The notes: generated from the letters alone by a model not told the origin. Shown: positions 8,931-18,438, counted from the stretch's first letter. The stretch: DNA of 64,000 nt from Candidatus Amesbacteria bacterium RIFCSPLOWO2_01_FULL_48_25 (GCA_001773695.1 MEXN01000005.1:3687-67686); one strand, 5' to 3'. Numbers and translations: made by a program.

Positions 8931-9962
8931 ATGTGGATTGGTTTAGCTTATAACGTAAAACATGAGGAAACGGGGCGGGAGATGGGGAAGCTGGTGGAGC
9001 TGGATTTTGACTCTTGGGAGGTGATAGAAGGACTAAAAAAGACGTTGGAGAGGCTGGGGCATACTGTGGCTATGGTCGAGGCGGATGAAGAGGCGTTTGA
9101 TAAATTGAGAAATTTAAAGGGAAAGGTAGATATTGTTTTTAATATTGCCGAGGGCTTACATGGAGACGCGCGGGAGGCGCAGGTGCCGCTTTTTTGCGAG
9201 ATACTGGGGCTAGCTTATACACATTCCGGGCCGACGACGCATGCAGTGAAGCTGGATAAGCACATGGCAAAACTGGCGGTAAAGGGAGCCGGAGTAAAAG
9301 TGCCGGAGGGATTTGTGGTCAGACATGCTGAAGTGCCTGAATTGCCGGAGGTGAAAATGCCAGTAATAGTTAAACCCAATGCCCAGGGGTCAAGTATCGG
9401 GGTGTTTGATACCAATGTGGTGAAAGAAAAGGAAAAGCTGGCGGGTGTAATAAAGGAAGTTTCCAAGGGCGGAAAGTGGGAAGTGGTGGTGGAGGAATAT
9501 ATCGAGGGGCGGGAATTTACGGTCTCTCTGTTGGGTAACGATCCTGTAGAAGTATTGCCGATCATAGAGCAAAAATTCGGTTTCTTGCCGCCGGGGATGA
9601 ATAGAATTGCGGGATATGAGGTGAAATGGATATACGAGACGCAGTTGGCTGATATTACCGAGGCATATAGCTGCCCAGCTGATATAGATCGTGATTTGAG
9701 AGAGGAGATAGAGAAAACGTCGGTAAATATTTTTAAGTCACTAAATGTCAAAGATTGTGCAAGGATTGATTTTAGACTGGATGAGCGTGATAATTTGTAT
9801 TTTTTGGAGATAAACACGTTGCCGGGGTTGAATCCCGATCCGGCCGGGCCGTCTTATTTTGTGTACGCTGCATTTAAAGCTGGAATGACATATGAGCAAC
9901 TGGTTGAGAGGATACTATTGGAGGGCTGCAGGAGGTGGGGGTTGACAGAAAAGGGGTTGTGA
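8931..9962 (+). CDS. ddl: D-alanine--D-alanine ligase (ATP-grasp)
   Basis: ATP-grasp motifs 'IVKPNAQGSSIGV', 'EEYIEGREFTVSLLG', 'LYFLEINTLPGL'. Confidence 0.8.
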   Translation: MWIGLAYNVKHEETGREMGKLVELDFDSWEVIEGLKKTLERLGHTVAMVEADEEAFDKLRNLKGKVDIVFNIAEGLHGDAREAQVPLFCEILGLAYTHSGPTTHAVKLDKHMAKLAVKGAGVKVPEGFVVRHAEVPELPEVKMPVIVKPNAQGSSIGVFDTNVVKEKEKLAGVIKEVSKGGKWEVVVEEYIEGREFTVSLLGNDPVEVLPIIEQKFGFLPPGMNRIAGYEVKWIYETQLADITEAYSCPADIDRDLREEIEKTSVNIFKSLNVKDCARIDFRLDERDNLYFLEINTLPGLNPDPAGPSYFVYAAFKAGMTYEQLVERILLEGCRRWGLTEKGL

Positions 9963-10351
9963 ATATAGTATCGGGGTGATGTCGGTGACTTTGGGAGAGT
10001 TAAAAAAAAGCTTTCCTGGTGATGGACAATATTATATTGGATTTAGGGCAGGGGGGATGGTTGTGATAGAAGGTAGGGGTGGGGAAAAGATAGGGGGAAA
10101 AATTTTGAAGGGGGTGGATGTGTTTGGGCGAGTTGCGAGTGAAGGTGGTGACATATCGGCAGCAGCAGCGTTGATTGCCCTGGGGGAATTACCGGCTGAA
10201 ACACGGGAAGAATTTTGTTAAGGTAAAGCGTAAGGATATGTGACTTGAAACGAGCCGGTTTGGGGGAGGAGAGAGGGATGGCTTGGGTGGGGGAGGGGAC
10301 CAAGAATGTAAAAGTCAGAAGAAGCAGAGCGAGACAGTAAATAACAGGTAG

Positions 10352-11242
10352 TTGACAACAGGTGGGGAGTTGATCCAATATGGAGTTGCGACGCATATGC
10401 GAGATAAAAAAGTGGTAGCGGGTGTGGGTTTGGCAGTATTAGTGTTTGGAGTGGCGGTGGGGGTGAGTTTGGTGCAGCAGAGGTTGGACATTAGGAAGAA
10501 GGCGGCGGGGGGAGCGGCTTCGTATTTGAAGCTGGAAAAAACATTTACGGTGAATCCGGCAGTTGGAACACTATTTGATGTATATGTGACTTTAAATACC
10601 GACGGGGTGGCGGTGGGGGCGGTAGATGCGGTGGTTAATTTTAGCCGGGGAGCGTTGGAACTGGTGGATGTGATAGTGACACCTAGGACAGGTAATGCTG
10701 GGGGTGAGCTGCGGGCGTTTTTGCCGGTAACTGGGACGACGACCAAAACATTTGATAAAGTAAAAGTGGTTGCCCAGGCAAATACTACCGGGGGAATTGT
10801 GTTGGGGGCGGTGGCGCAAGACTTAAATACTGGGGCTGTGCTTAGTGGCTTTAACGGGAGTTTGGGCACCGGTAACCCATTGGCTGTCTTGCGGTTTAAA
10901 GGGCTGACCGGGGGGACGACTAGTTTGAATTGGCAATATTCCACTGGGGCGACGAATGACACCAATATGGTAAGCGTATCGTCGCCGACGGATATTTTGG
11001 CAAGTGTAGCAGGATTGAGTGTGACGGTGGCTTCGTCTGTCACCGGGACGCCAGTGCCTCCACCTACGGGAGCGTTTCTAGTTGGGGATATTAATAGGGA
11101 CGGGTGTGTCAACGTCCAGGATTACATACTGCTCTCTAATGCCTACGGGACGAATAACTCGGCTGCAGATTTGAATGGGGATGGGATAGTCAATGTCCAG
11201 GATTACATATTGTTAAGCAACAACTTTGGCCGATGTTCGTGA
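10352..11242 (+). CDS. membrane-anchored (N-terminal TM) cohesin-like domain protein with C-terminal type-I-like dockerin
   Basis: TM 'VVAGVGLAVLVFGVAVGV'; cohesin-like beta-sandwich segment 'FTVNPAVGTLFDVYVTLNTDGVAVGAVDAVVNF'; duplicated Ca-binding dockerin 'GDINRDGCVNVQDYILLS...LNGDGIVNVQDYILLS'. Likely true start Met at ~10397. Confidence 0.6.
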   Translation: MTTGGELIQYGVATHMRDKKVVAGVGLAVLVFGVAVGVSLVQQRLDIRKKAAGGAASYLKLEKTFTVNPAVGTLFDVYVTLNTDGVAVGAVDAVVNFSRGALELVDVIVTPRTGNAGGELRAFLPVTGTTTKTFDKVKVVAQANTTGGIVLGAVAQDLNTGAVLSGFNGSLGTGNPLAVLRFKGLTGGTTSLNWQYSTGATNDTNMVSVSSPTDILASVAGLSVTVASSVTGTPVPPPTGAFLVGDINRDGCVNVQDYILLSNAYGTNNSAADLNGDGIVNVQDYILLSNNFGRCS

Positions 11243-11266
11243 AAAAGATCATATTGACAAGCGATT

Positions 11267-12883
11267 ATGAATAGTAGCACTATGGATAGTATGCGAGATT
11301 TGTTGAGGCGGCATTTGCTGGCTGCACTAGTCATTTTGCTGATGCTGCCGCTGGGAGTGATTTTGGCGCTGCGGCAGACGAGGTTGGGGAGTAAGGCAGC
11401 GGGCACGGCAATATTGTCAATTGCGCCTACTAATGTGCTGATAGCTCCGAACACGGCGGGGACGTTTGATGTCTTTTTGGATCCGCGGGGTGAGAATGTG
11501 GCGGGGATGGATGTGACGATTAGATACGATTTTAATGTGATTGGGGTAACCGACGTAACGCCGGGGGCGTTTTTCAACTCAGCTGCAGGGAGTCCTCAGG
11601 TGCTTCTTAAGGATATTACTACTGAACCGGGAATTGTCAGATATTCGGTGGCCTTTCCTTTGGGGAGCCAGGTGACTTCTTCTACAGCTGGGGTGGCGGC
11701 TACTATACGTTTTACGAGCCGGACGGCTGGTTCGACTGTGCTTGATATCTTGAGTGTATATGGGACGTTTAGGACAGTGGTGACTAACGGTCTGGGGGCG
11801 GATGTGTTGGGGACTATTAATGATGGAAATCTGATTGTGAACGGTCCGCCTACCGGTCAGGGTAGACTGTATTTTGCTGGTCCCAATCCGGCTAATCCTC
11901 AGGCAATTGGTACTACCTTTAATATGGAGGTGCGGGCGGGTACTGGAGGCCAGAGTATTGATGGCCTGGATGCAAGAATTAGATTTGACTCTAACGTGAT
12001 GAGGGTAGTGAGTTTGTCCCAAGGACCGGTTTTCGCTTCGTATCCGGCGATAACATATTGTAATGCCAACCAGACGTGTGCTGCTGGCATGGTGCCGGGG
12101 CAGATAGAAATATCGGCTAATATTGGGAGTGGTGACACTGCTACGCCGGTTAACGGGGATCCGGTGATAGTCGCTGGTATAGTATTTATGCCGTTTGCTA
12201 ACACTGCCGGGACGAGTATTTCATATCTTTTTAATGGAGTGGGGGACAGGAACGACAGTAATATGGTGTTGTATGGCTCGGGTACGCTCCAGGATCCGAT
12301 TGATATACTGGGTTCGGTGACAAATGCCAATATCGTAATCGGAGAAGGGGGGGCTACTCCCACCAATACGCCGGTCCCGACTGTGACTGGGGCGCCGACG
12401 CTAACGCCAACGCCGGGAGCGGGATTGGTGACTTTCAGGTTTGCTTTCGAAGGAAGATTGCGGGCAGGCGTGAGCCGGGCTAAGACTGTGACTGTTATCA
12501 AACGGACGCTGCCTACTGGGACTGAGACTATATCTACGGTAAACACGAATTCAAATGGCGAGGCAGCAATCAGTGTTTCGCCTGGCAGCTATATCTTTTA
12601 TGCCGATACGGCTGGTTATCTGAAACGTAGATTTGGAACGCTGACTTCCCCTGTAGTCATTGCGACGGGGCAGACGGTGGTGGACTTTACGAGCACCCCA
12701 CTTAAGGGAGGGGATTTGACGAGCGATGGAATAGTGAATGCGGTTGACTATACGTCGGTGTTCTTGCAAGCCTTCTTGAGTACTAATCAGACAGTGGATT
12801 TGGACGGCAGCGGGCTGGTTAATAATTTGGACTTCAGCATCATGAGAAGGAACTGGTTCCAGGTAGACGATATATTGCAATAA
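11267..12883 (+). CDS. N-terminal TM protein with two cohesin-like modules, Pro/Thr linker, and C-terminal dockerin
   Basis: TM 'LLAALVILLMLPLGVILAL'; two 'ap-x-ag-tfdv...d-x-v-g-d-v..f' cohesin-like segments; C-terminal 'GDLTSDGIVNAVDY...DLDGSGLVNNLDFSIM' dockerin repeats. Confidence 0.6.
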   Translation: MNSSTMDSMRDLLRRHLLAALVILLMLPLGVILALRQTRLGSKAAGTAILSIAPTNVLIAPNTAGTFDVFLDPRGENVAGMDVTIRYDFNVIGVTDVTPGAFFNSAAGSPQVLLKDITTEPGIVRYSVAFPLGSQVTSSTAGVAATIRFTSRTAGSTVLDILSVYGTFRTVVTNGLGADVLGTINDGNLIVNGPPTGQGRLYFAGPNPANPQAIGTTFNMEVRAGTGGQSIDGLDARIRFDSNVMRVVSLSQGPVFASYPAITYCNANQTCAAGMVPGQIEISANIGSGDTATPVNGDPVIVAGIVFMPFANTAGTSISYLFNGVGDRNDSNMVLYGSGTLQDPIDILGSVTNANIVIGEGGATPTNTPVPTVTGAPTLTPTPGAGLVTFRFAFEGRLRAGVSRAKTVTVIKRTLPTGTETISTVNTNSNGEAAISVSPGSYIFYADTAGYLKRRFGTLTSPVVIATGQTVVDFTSTPLKGGDLTSDGIVNAVDYTSVFLQAFLSTNQTVDLDGSGLVNNLDFSIMRRNWFQVDDILQ

Positions 12884-13743
12884 TGGTCAGGGTAGGCTTA
12901 TGGTTGGCGGTGACGGTCTTTTTGGTGGGAGGGCTGGTGGGTACGGCCGGGGCGGCAGCAGAGCCGAGCTTAGGGTTTGTACCGGTTTCGAAGGTAATTA
13001 AGGTGGGGGAGAGGTTTACGGCTCAGATAGTAATGGATACTGCGGGAGCTGAAGTGGGAGGGGCGGATATGATGCTAGTTTACGATCCGGAGAAGGTAAC
13101 TGTGGTGGAAGTGGTGCCGGGGACTTTATTTGATGATTATCCAATTGCCGCATTTGATAACGAAACGGGTAAAATATCTTTTTCCGGGATTGTTTCATCC
13201 AAAGACAGGTTGTATAGCGGGAGGGGAACTTTGGGATCGGTTACATTTATGGGGCGGGCGGCGGGGGTGAGCATTGTCAAGTTTGAATTTACGCTGGGAG
13301 ATACCCGGGATTCGAATATAGCCGTGACTTATGAGCCGGGGGATATTTTAGCTAAGGTTGATAATTTGACGATAGTAGTTGGGGGCGGCGACGAAGTAGT
13401 GGAGGCGGAAGTGACCCCAACGCCGGCTGGGAATGTGAGTCCAACCCCCACACCGGTGGTTGGATTGTGGGACCGGGTGCTTATAGCACTAGGCTTAAAG
13501 AGCGGGCAGGGGTATCCCGGCGATCTGAATGGCCCGTTGGTGTCCCAGGCGCCCAAGAGAGATTTGGGGGCTACCGAGCCGGCAATGGAGACAGTGGGAG
13601 GTCAGGGGGGTAAGTTGTGGATGTGGTGGGTGCTACTGGCGCTGGTTTTGATCCTAATAATAGTGATAGGGGTAATATGGTGGAGGAGACGGCGTCGTGA
13701 AAGAAAAGAGAAGCCGGTTGTAGGAGGTACGCTTGGGAAGTGA
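12883..13743 (+). CDS. secreted cohesin-domain protein with Pro/Thr linker and C-terminal TM anchor plus poly-Arg stop-transfer (anchoring scaffoldin-like)
   Basis: signal peptide 'MVRVGLWLAVTVFLVGGLVGTAGAAA'; cohesin-like 'VPVSKVIKVGERFTAQIVMDTAGAEVGGADMMLVYDPEKVTVVEVVPGTLFDDYP'; C-terminal 'WWVLLALVLILIIVIGVIWWRRRRRERKEK'; start overlaps previous stop (ATAATG). Confidence 0.6.
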   Translation: MVRVGLWLAVTVFLVGGLVGTAGAAAEPSLGFVPVSKVIKVGERFTAQIVMDTAGAEVGGADMMLVYDPEKVTVVEVVPGTLFDDYPIAAFDNETGKISFSGIVSSKDRLYSGRGTLGSVTFMGRAAGVSIVKFEFTLGDTRDSNIAVTYEPGDILAKVDNLTIVVGGGDEVVEAEVTPTPAGNVSPTPTPVVGLWDRVLIALGLKSGQGYPGDLNGPLVSQAPKRDLGATEPAMETVGGQGGKLWMWWVLLALVLILIIVIGVIWWRRRRRERKEKPVVGGTLGK

Positions 13744-14246
13744 AGATTGAGTAGCGGTGGCTCTCGAGCTGGTAATAAACGAATACAAGGCATTGAGAGA
13801 AAAATTGAGGAAACTGGGGTTGTAGACTACTGATATCCGATAGTATAATCTCGAAATGAGTCTGGAAAAACTAGAGATTCCTACCGGGAAGTATAAATGC
13901 ATTAATAATGTGTTGGGGAAGGGGGTTATGATTGGTCCGGGTGACGTAAGAAATTTAAGGGAGAGGGGTACTGGTGGTGTGACTTATTCTGGAATGAGGG
14001 GAAAAAGATGTGACAATTGTCTGGCCAACTGTCCTTTAGGGGGGTTGATGGCCAGAATTGCTGAGGAGAGTAAGAGTATATATCCTGACGTGGAGTAACT
14101 GGCAGTGATTTTGCAGGCCCTGGTACATTCAGTTCGCATGAATGTACCCTGGATGGAAAGTATGTGCGTGGTTCGACTACGCTCACCACTCCTGATATCT
14201 TCGTTTCACTTCGACATCAGAACGAACCTGGTACGCTCAAAATTGA

Positions 14247-15281
14247 CTAGAGAAAATAGGTGGAGAGGGCGAAGCGGTATTGATCTATCAACAACCTTTT
14301 GATGTGGTAGAGATTGTTGGTTTCAAAAAACAAAATTAGGGCTTGTTTATACTCGTTTTCATCAATGTTCCGATACGAAAGAGGGTAGTAGTCATGGGCA
14401 ATCAAGACTGCGTTTGAAAGCATACGGGAGGTTCGCTTGTTGCCATCCGCGAACGGCTGGAGATAAGAAATTATGGCTGAAATGACCAGAGCTTTTTCCA
14501 AGGGAAATCGGATTTGGTTAACACAATCTAAAACCCGTTTGAAATATTCGGTGATTTGCCACTGATTATCCGGGGGTAGATAAGCGGTTCCCGAGATGCC
14601 TACCTGAACCTGACGAATACCCGTTGAAATATTCAGACCTGACGTTAAGGAGTTGTGCAGTTGGAGAACTGAAGACGGGGAGAGTTGTTTAAAGTCATGG
14701 GGATTTTGCAATATAGTTTCAAAAGCCGCTTTATGATTAAGAATCATGGTTGCGTCGTATAAAGATTTGCCCCGGGCTTGCCTGGCGTCTTTTATTAATC
14801 CCTCAGTTTCTAAAAGAGTGTAGGTATTGCCTTCAATTTTGGAAGATTTCCAAGATAGTTCAATGACAAATCTTTCGAGTTCCCGATAATTTGGTTTTTT
14901 GGGGAAGGGTTTGTAAATATGTTCAAGTTCTGTAAATTCTTCCGTGGTGAACAAACCGGGCAGTTGAGTAAATATTACCGGGTTGAATTGTTTTTGGACG
15001 TTTGGACGCTGGTCCGGATCAAGCTCGAAGTATCCGGCTAAGTTTATCGGTTTTAGCAGGGGGTGAGTGGAAGGAATAAAATATGAGGTGTTTCGGCCAG
15101 CTCCCCGGCCTTGGATTTGGCCGGTGGATATGAGATGTTTCAGGTCGCGGACGAGAGTGGGCTTGGAAACCGGGTAGACCGAAGCCAAAAGGGAGGACAG
15201 TTCCGCCCTGGTGGCCTGATCTTTTGTGCCTAGTATGCCAAGAATTTTTTGCAGCCTGGGAGTGTTTTTCGTCTCATTCAT
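14247..15281 (-). CDS. Fic/Doc-family protein (AMPylase-type fold) with N-terminal winged-helix
   Basis: Fic motif 'QPFADGNKRTSR' (HPFx[DE]GNGR-like, His replaced by Gln in my reading of the ORF-track protein); N-terminal HTH 'ATRAELSSLLASVYPVSKPTLVRDLKHL'. Confidence 0.8.
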   Translation of the reverse strand: MNETKNTPRLQKILGILGTKDQATRAELSSLLASVYPVSKPTLVRDLKHLISTGQIQGRGAGRNTSYFIPSTHPLLKPINLAGYFELDPDQRPNVQKQFNPVIFTQLPGLFTTEEFTELEHIYKPFPKKPNYRELERFVIELSWKSSKIEGNTYTLLETEGLIKDARQARGKSLYDATMILNHKAAFETILQNPHDFKQLSPSSVLQLHNSLTSGLNISTGIRQVQVGISGTAYLPPDNQWQITEYFKRVLDCVNQIRFPLEKALVISAIISYLQPFADGNKRTSRMLSNAVLIAHDYYPLSYRNIDENEYKQALILFFETNNLYHIKRLLIDQYRFALSTYFL

Positions 15282-15641
15282 ATGCGTTTATCGTATCATT
15301 TTGAGACGAAAGTGTCAAGTTTGCAGGCCTTGGTGGACTATGTGGGAACGTATTTCAGCCTGAATTGGAGGATGTATAGAGGGTTGGCTTTTGGATGACT
15401 AGGGGGTTGTTGTGCCTATGAAGTAGATTGAGTTTGGAGATGCCAGGGATGCGGTACCAACGATAGTTGCCGAAGGGGAGACGGGTGCCGTGTTGAAGTG
15501 TAAATGAGGCAGGTCGTCTAGGTGCTCGTGCACAAACAGCGGAGTAACGACTGATGTGGCTATAAGACAGTAAACGATTGGTTTTGTTGACATGGATATA
15601 TTTTACTCTGACAATCAATGATTTGGTGGTAGAATTTAGGT

Positions 15642-16109
15642 ATGTTAACGCTAGTACCAAGGGATTTTAAGGTTCCAGAGAGGTTAGATTGTCCGAGATT
15701 TGTAATCAGGAAATTGTGTGCGAGCGACGTGTATTTGGACTATATGGCAGTGATGTCCAGCGTTGACATTATTAAGAGGACCCGGGGTGGAAAGTGGCCA
15801 ACACCGGCATTAACTTTTGAGGACGATTTGATTGACTTGGCTTGGCACCAGAGAGAGTTTGAATTTAAGAGCAGTTTCGCCTATACGGTTGTGAACAAAG
15901 AAGGAACGGAATGTTTAGGTTGTTTGTATTTTTTTAAGCCAGGAACGAGGAAAAATCCTCCGGAGAACGCAGATGTGGATGTAAGTTTTTGGGTCACCCA
16001 GAAAGGGTATGAGGTCGGTTTATATCCGGAGCTTTATCAAGTTATCAAGGATTGGCTGAATGAGTGGCCGTTTAAGAAACCATATTGGTCAAATTCCGAA
16101 TTACCCTAG
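15642..16109 (+). CDS. GNAT-family N-acetyltransferase-like protein
   Basis: size, beta-alpha pattern and 'ECLGCLYFFKPG...VDVSFWVTQ' resemble the GNAT acetyl-CoA-binding region; weak. Confidence 0.45.
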   Translation: MLTLVPRDFKVPERLDCPRFVIRKLCASDVYLDYMAVMSSVDIIKRTRGGKWPTPALTFEDDLIDLAWHQREFEFKSSFAYTVVNKEGTECLGCLYFFKPGTRKNPPENADVDVSFWVTQKGYEVGLYPELYQVIKDWLNEWPFKKPYWSNSELP

Positions 16110-16110
16110 A

Positions 16111-16188
16111 ATGAAAACAGCTTTAGTTACGGGGGTTTCAACTGGGATTGGGAGGGCGGTGGTACAAGCAGCTTCGTGCTTGTACTAA
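16111..16188 (+). pseudogene. 5' remnant of a short-chain dehydrogenase gene (first ~20 codons: MKTALVTGVSTGIGRAVVQAAS) followed by premature stop
   Basis: my translation from ATG at 16111 gives the classic SDR N-terminus 'TALVTGVSTGIGRAV' (cf. intact paralog at 18422 'FAIVTGASTGIGRAV'); reading frame ends after ~25 codons immediately before the GIY-YIG gene. Confidence 0.5.
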
Positions 16189-16212
16189 AGTACGATTAGC
16201 TTTGTGAACGTA

Positions 16213-16473
16213 CTAAAGCGGTTTGTCCAACGTGTTTTTGAGCATAGAGTGAATGCGTTTCCAGCCGGCGGTTGTTTTAAAGTACTTTTCGCATTCTAGA
16301 GCGTCAGGTTGACTTGTAAAGGCAGAATAATAGATTAAATCATATGGCGCATTGGGCTTCGTAGCTTTGTTTTCTGATGAGTTATGCGATTTTAATCTGG
16401 CTTTCAAGTCGGTTGTGTAACCAAGATACAGTTTATTATTTTTTTGGCTTCGAAGTATGTAGAAGTAAAACAT
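16213..16473 (-). CDS. GIY-YIG nuclease-family protein (UPF0213-like, 86 aa)
   Basis: 'FYFYILRSQKNNKLYLGYTTDLKARLKSHN' = GIY...YIG...R...H motif set. Confidence 0.8.
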   Translation of the reverse strand: MFYFYILRSQKNNKLYLGYTTDLKARLKSHNSSENKATKPNAPYDLIYYSAFTSQPDALECEKYFKTTAGWKRIHSMLKNTLDKPL

Positions 16474-16630
16474 ACAGGGCAGGATACGTTCATGTAAACT
16501 GAACGTATCAGGCTACAATTCAGGCTCGTTGTTTAAGCGAGGCAAGGTGGGCAGGATGGCTTGCTACGTTCACGAGCGGAGCGAGCTGAATGTAGCAGGC
16601 CTGGATGGAAAGTATTCGAACCTGGTACGC

Positions 16631-16954
16631 TCAAATTTGAATAGCTGGAGGGTTAGTGGATCTAATGGCTCCGAGGGTAGTAAGGGGTGAGGCTGAAGCG
16701 TATTCTTCCGGCGTTACTCCATAGGCGTGCAGGTCATAAGGGAAGCCAACGCTAGCACGGTAGATGATTTTTAGTCTGGAATCCGGGTCGTATTTGGAGA
16801 AATCGGATGATAGGATAAGCAGATCCACATCGCTGTCTTCTTTGTTGGTGCCGGCTGGTAGTGAGCCGTACAAGATGGCTTGGTCCACGGAGACATACTT
16901 TTGTAGGCGGCCTAGGTATTGTTTGATTAGTGGGGTAATTGTTGTTTGATCCAT
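16631..16954 (-). CDS. nucleotidyltransferase-domain protein (antitoxin-like partner of HEPN); start at internal Met with strong RBS
   Basis: 'LYGSLPAGTNKEDSDVDLLIL' GS-X9-DxD motif; minus-strand AGGAGG-N7-ATG at ~16955-16970 (MDQTTITPL...); the longer track ORF (to 17047) overlaps the HEPN gene. Confidence 0.7.
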   Translation of the reverse strand: MDQTTITPLIKQYLGRLQKYVSVDQAILYGSLPAGTNKEDSDVDLLILSSDFSKYDPDSRLKIIYRASVGFPYDLHAYGVTPEEYASASPLTTLGAIRSTNPPAIQI

Positions 16955-17307
16955 ATAAAAACCTCCTGGGTTTTGGAGTAAGTAGGCTCGACTGATTCTT
17001 TGGAGGTGTAAACGAACCTTTGGAAGTCGGGATAGCGGACACGCCAAAAGTGGCGGGTAATTTCTGCTAGGTCTTCAAGCCAAATTTCAGGGAATTTTAA
17101 TGTGGTTTGACGAGCCAGAGCATCCAGATTATGGGATTTGGGTGGAAGCTGGTTTGCAAACTGGACGATGCAGCCCTTTAGTAACTTTTCTAGAGCTTGG
17201 TGGCAGCAGTAGACGGCCATAGAGTATCTGGAACCGTTGTAAAGAAATTCAGCGTCTTTTAGACTTTCTTCGGCTTGATCCAGCCACGTCTTGGCTTCGT
17301 CTTTCAT
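16927..17307 (-). CDS. HEPN-domain protein
   Basis: four-helix pattern with 'RYPDF' / 'HQALEKLLKG' typical of HEPN partners of minimal NTases; gene order HEPN-NTase, overlapping. Confidence 0.65.
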   Translation of the reverse strand: MKDEAKTWLDQAEESLKDAEFLYNGSRYSMAVYCCHQALEKLLKGCIVQFANQLPPKSHNLDALARQTTLKFPEIWLEDLAEITRHFWRVRYPDFQRFVYTSKESVEPTYSKTQEVFIWIKQQLPH

Positions 17308-17482
17308 GGACTTAGTATACCACGGCTGGAATTACAAGTTTTTGCAGGCCCTATTGGACGTAATCAGGAACGCTTGGGTGAATCTGAATAGCTTTGATTT
17401 TGGGATGGAGGGGGTGGGGAGGCTGCTGAAACCGGAATTGGCTTTTGCGTAAATAGGCGGGAGGGGATAGAATTCGGATGGT

Positions 17483-17953
17483 ATGGATATTGAGGGACTA
17501 CGGAAGTTTTTGATTGATTCAAACAGGGCTGGTTATGCCGGAGGGGAGGAGAAGAAATGGATTAAGGAACCGGACGGGTCGACCCGGATTCCATTTGAGA
17601 AGGGGGAGTGGAGGTCAGATGACCATTTTTACGGTGGTGAGCCGTATGTGGGAATGATGATTGTTTCTTATGAAAGCCGTGCGGTTTGGTCAATGATTTA
17701 CTACGGCTGGGTGGTGGAAGGTGTGGAAGCGGAGGCTGTATATGGGATATTGAGAGGTGCGTTGATGCAAATGCCGGAGGAATACCCATACCGAGGGCCG
17801 CAGGAGTACAAACGGGGCGACTTTGTATACCGAAATAAGTGGGATGGAGAGTTGGACAGATTTTCAGGTGAAGAGACGATTGAGCAAAGGGGAAAGCTGA
17901 TTTACAAGGCGGATTACCGTGGAGGAGAGGTAGATAAAAGGAGGGGAGTATGA
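17483..17953 (+). CDS. conserved hypothetical soluble protein (Trp/Tyr/Gly-rich), first gene of a translationally coupled 3-4 gene operon
   Basis: ORF with good coding pattern; stop overlaps next start (ATGA). Confidence 0.45.
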   Translation: MDIEGLRKFLIDSNRAGYAGGEEKKWIKEPDGSTRIPFEKGEWRSDDHFYGGEPYVGMMIVSYESRAVWSMIYYGWVVEGVEAEAVYGILRGALMQMPEEYPYRGPQEYKRGDFVYRNKWDGELDRFSGEETIEQRGKLIYKADYRGGEVDKRRGV

Positions 17954-18438
17954 ATACAACTAAGGACGCTTCGGGTAAAGCAATTGTGGATTTTATGGGG
18001 GCAGTTCTTCCCGATGGTAGGAAAATAGAAGATTTATTAAAGAGGGGTTTTACTGACAGTATGGTTAATGTATTGAGGGAGTTTGGGGTCATGGGGGTGG
18101 TTACGTACGTTGGTGGCACATTGATTTTAGTATTCTTCCCTTTTCAATCTGACTTGAATAGGCAAATATTGTTTGCTTTTACAGGTCTGTTTCTTTTATC
18201 TCTTTCTACTTTTATTTCGTACTTTCGCATTAAAGCTCATAGAGAAAGAGAGAAGGGATTAATAGAGATGACCCAGAATACTGGGAATAGACTGGCCGAG
18301 CAGTTGGGCAAAAATATGTCCAGCGAACAGGTTGTATCAATAACCCAAACAATTTGGCAGGACCAAAAGGATCTTATAAGTGCAATATTTGGATTTGCTG
18401 GATTAGGAGGTAGGGCAAACGATGAAGTTGAAAGATAA
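17950..18438 (+). CDS. hypothetical membrane protein (cytoplasmic N-domain, 2 TM helices, coiled-coil C-terminus)
   Basis: hydrophobic segments 'VVTYVGGTLILVFFPF' and 'ILFAFTGLFLLSLSTFISYF'. Confidence 0.45.
   Translation: MNTTKDASGKAIVDFMGAVLPDGRKIEDLLKRGFTDSMVNVLREFGVMGVVTYVGGTLILVFFPFQSDLNRQILFAFTGLFLLSLSTFISYFRIKAHREREKGLIEMTQNTGNRLAEQLGKNMSSEQVVSITQTIWQDQKDLISAIFGFAGLGGRANDEVER

Noticed and set aside
14150-14190. Possible tRNA 3'-end fragment ('GGTTCGACTACGCTCACCA') inside the 14.15-kb repeat copy, as an att site
   Set aside because: Superficially T-loop/CCA-like, but no 5-bp T-stem or acceptor-stem complement can be formed. Treated as part of the intergenic repeat rather than a tRNA remnant.
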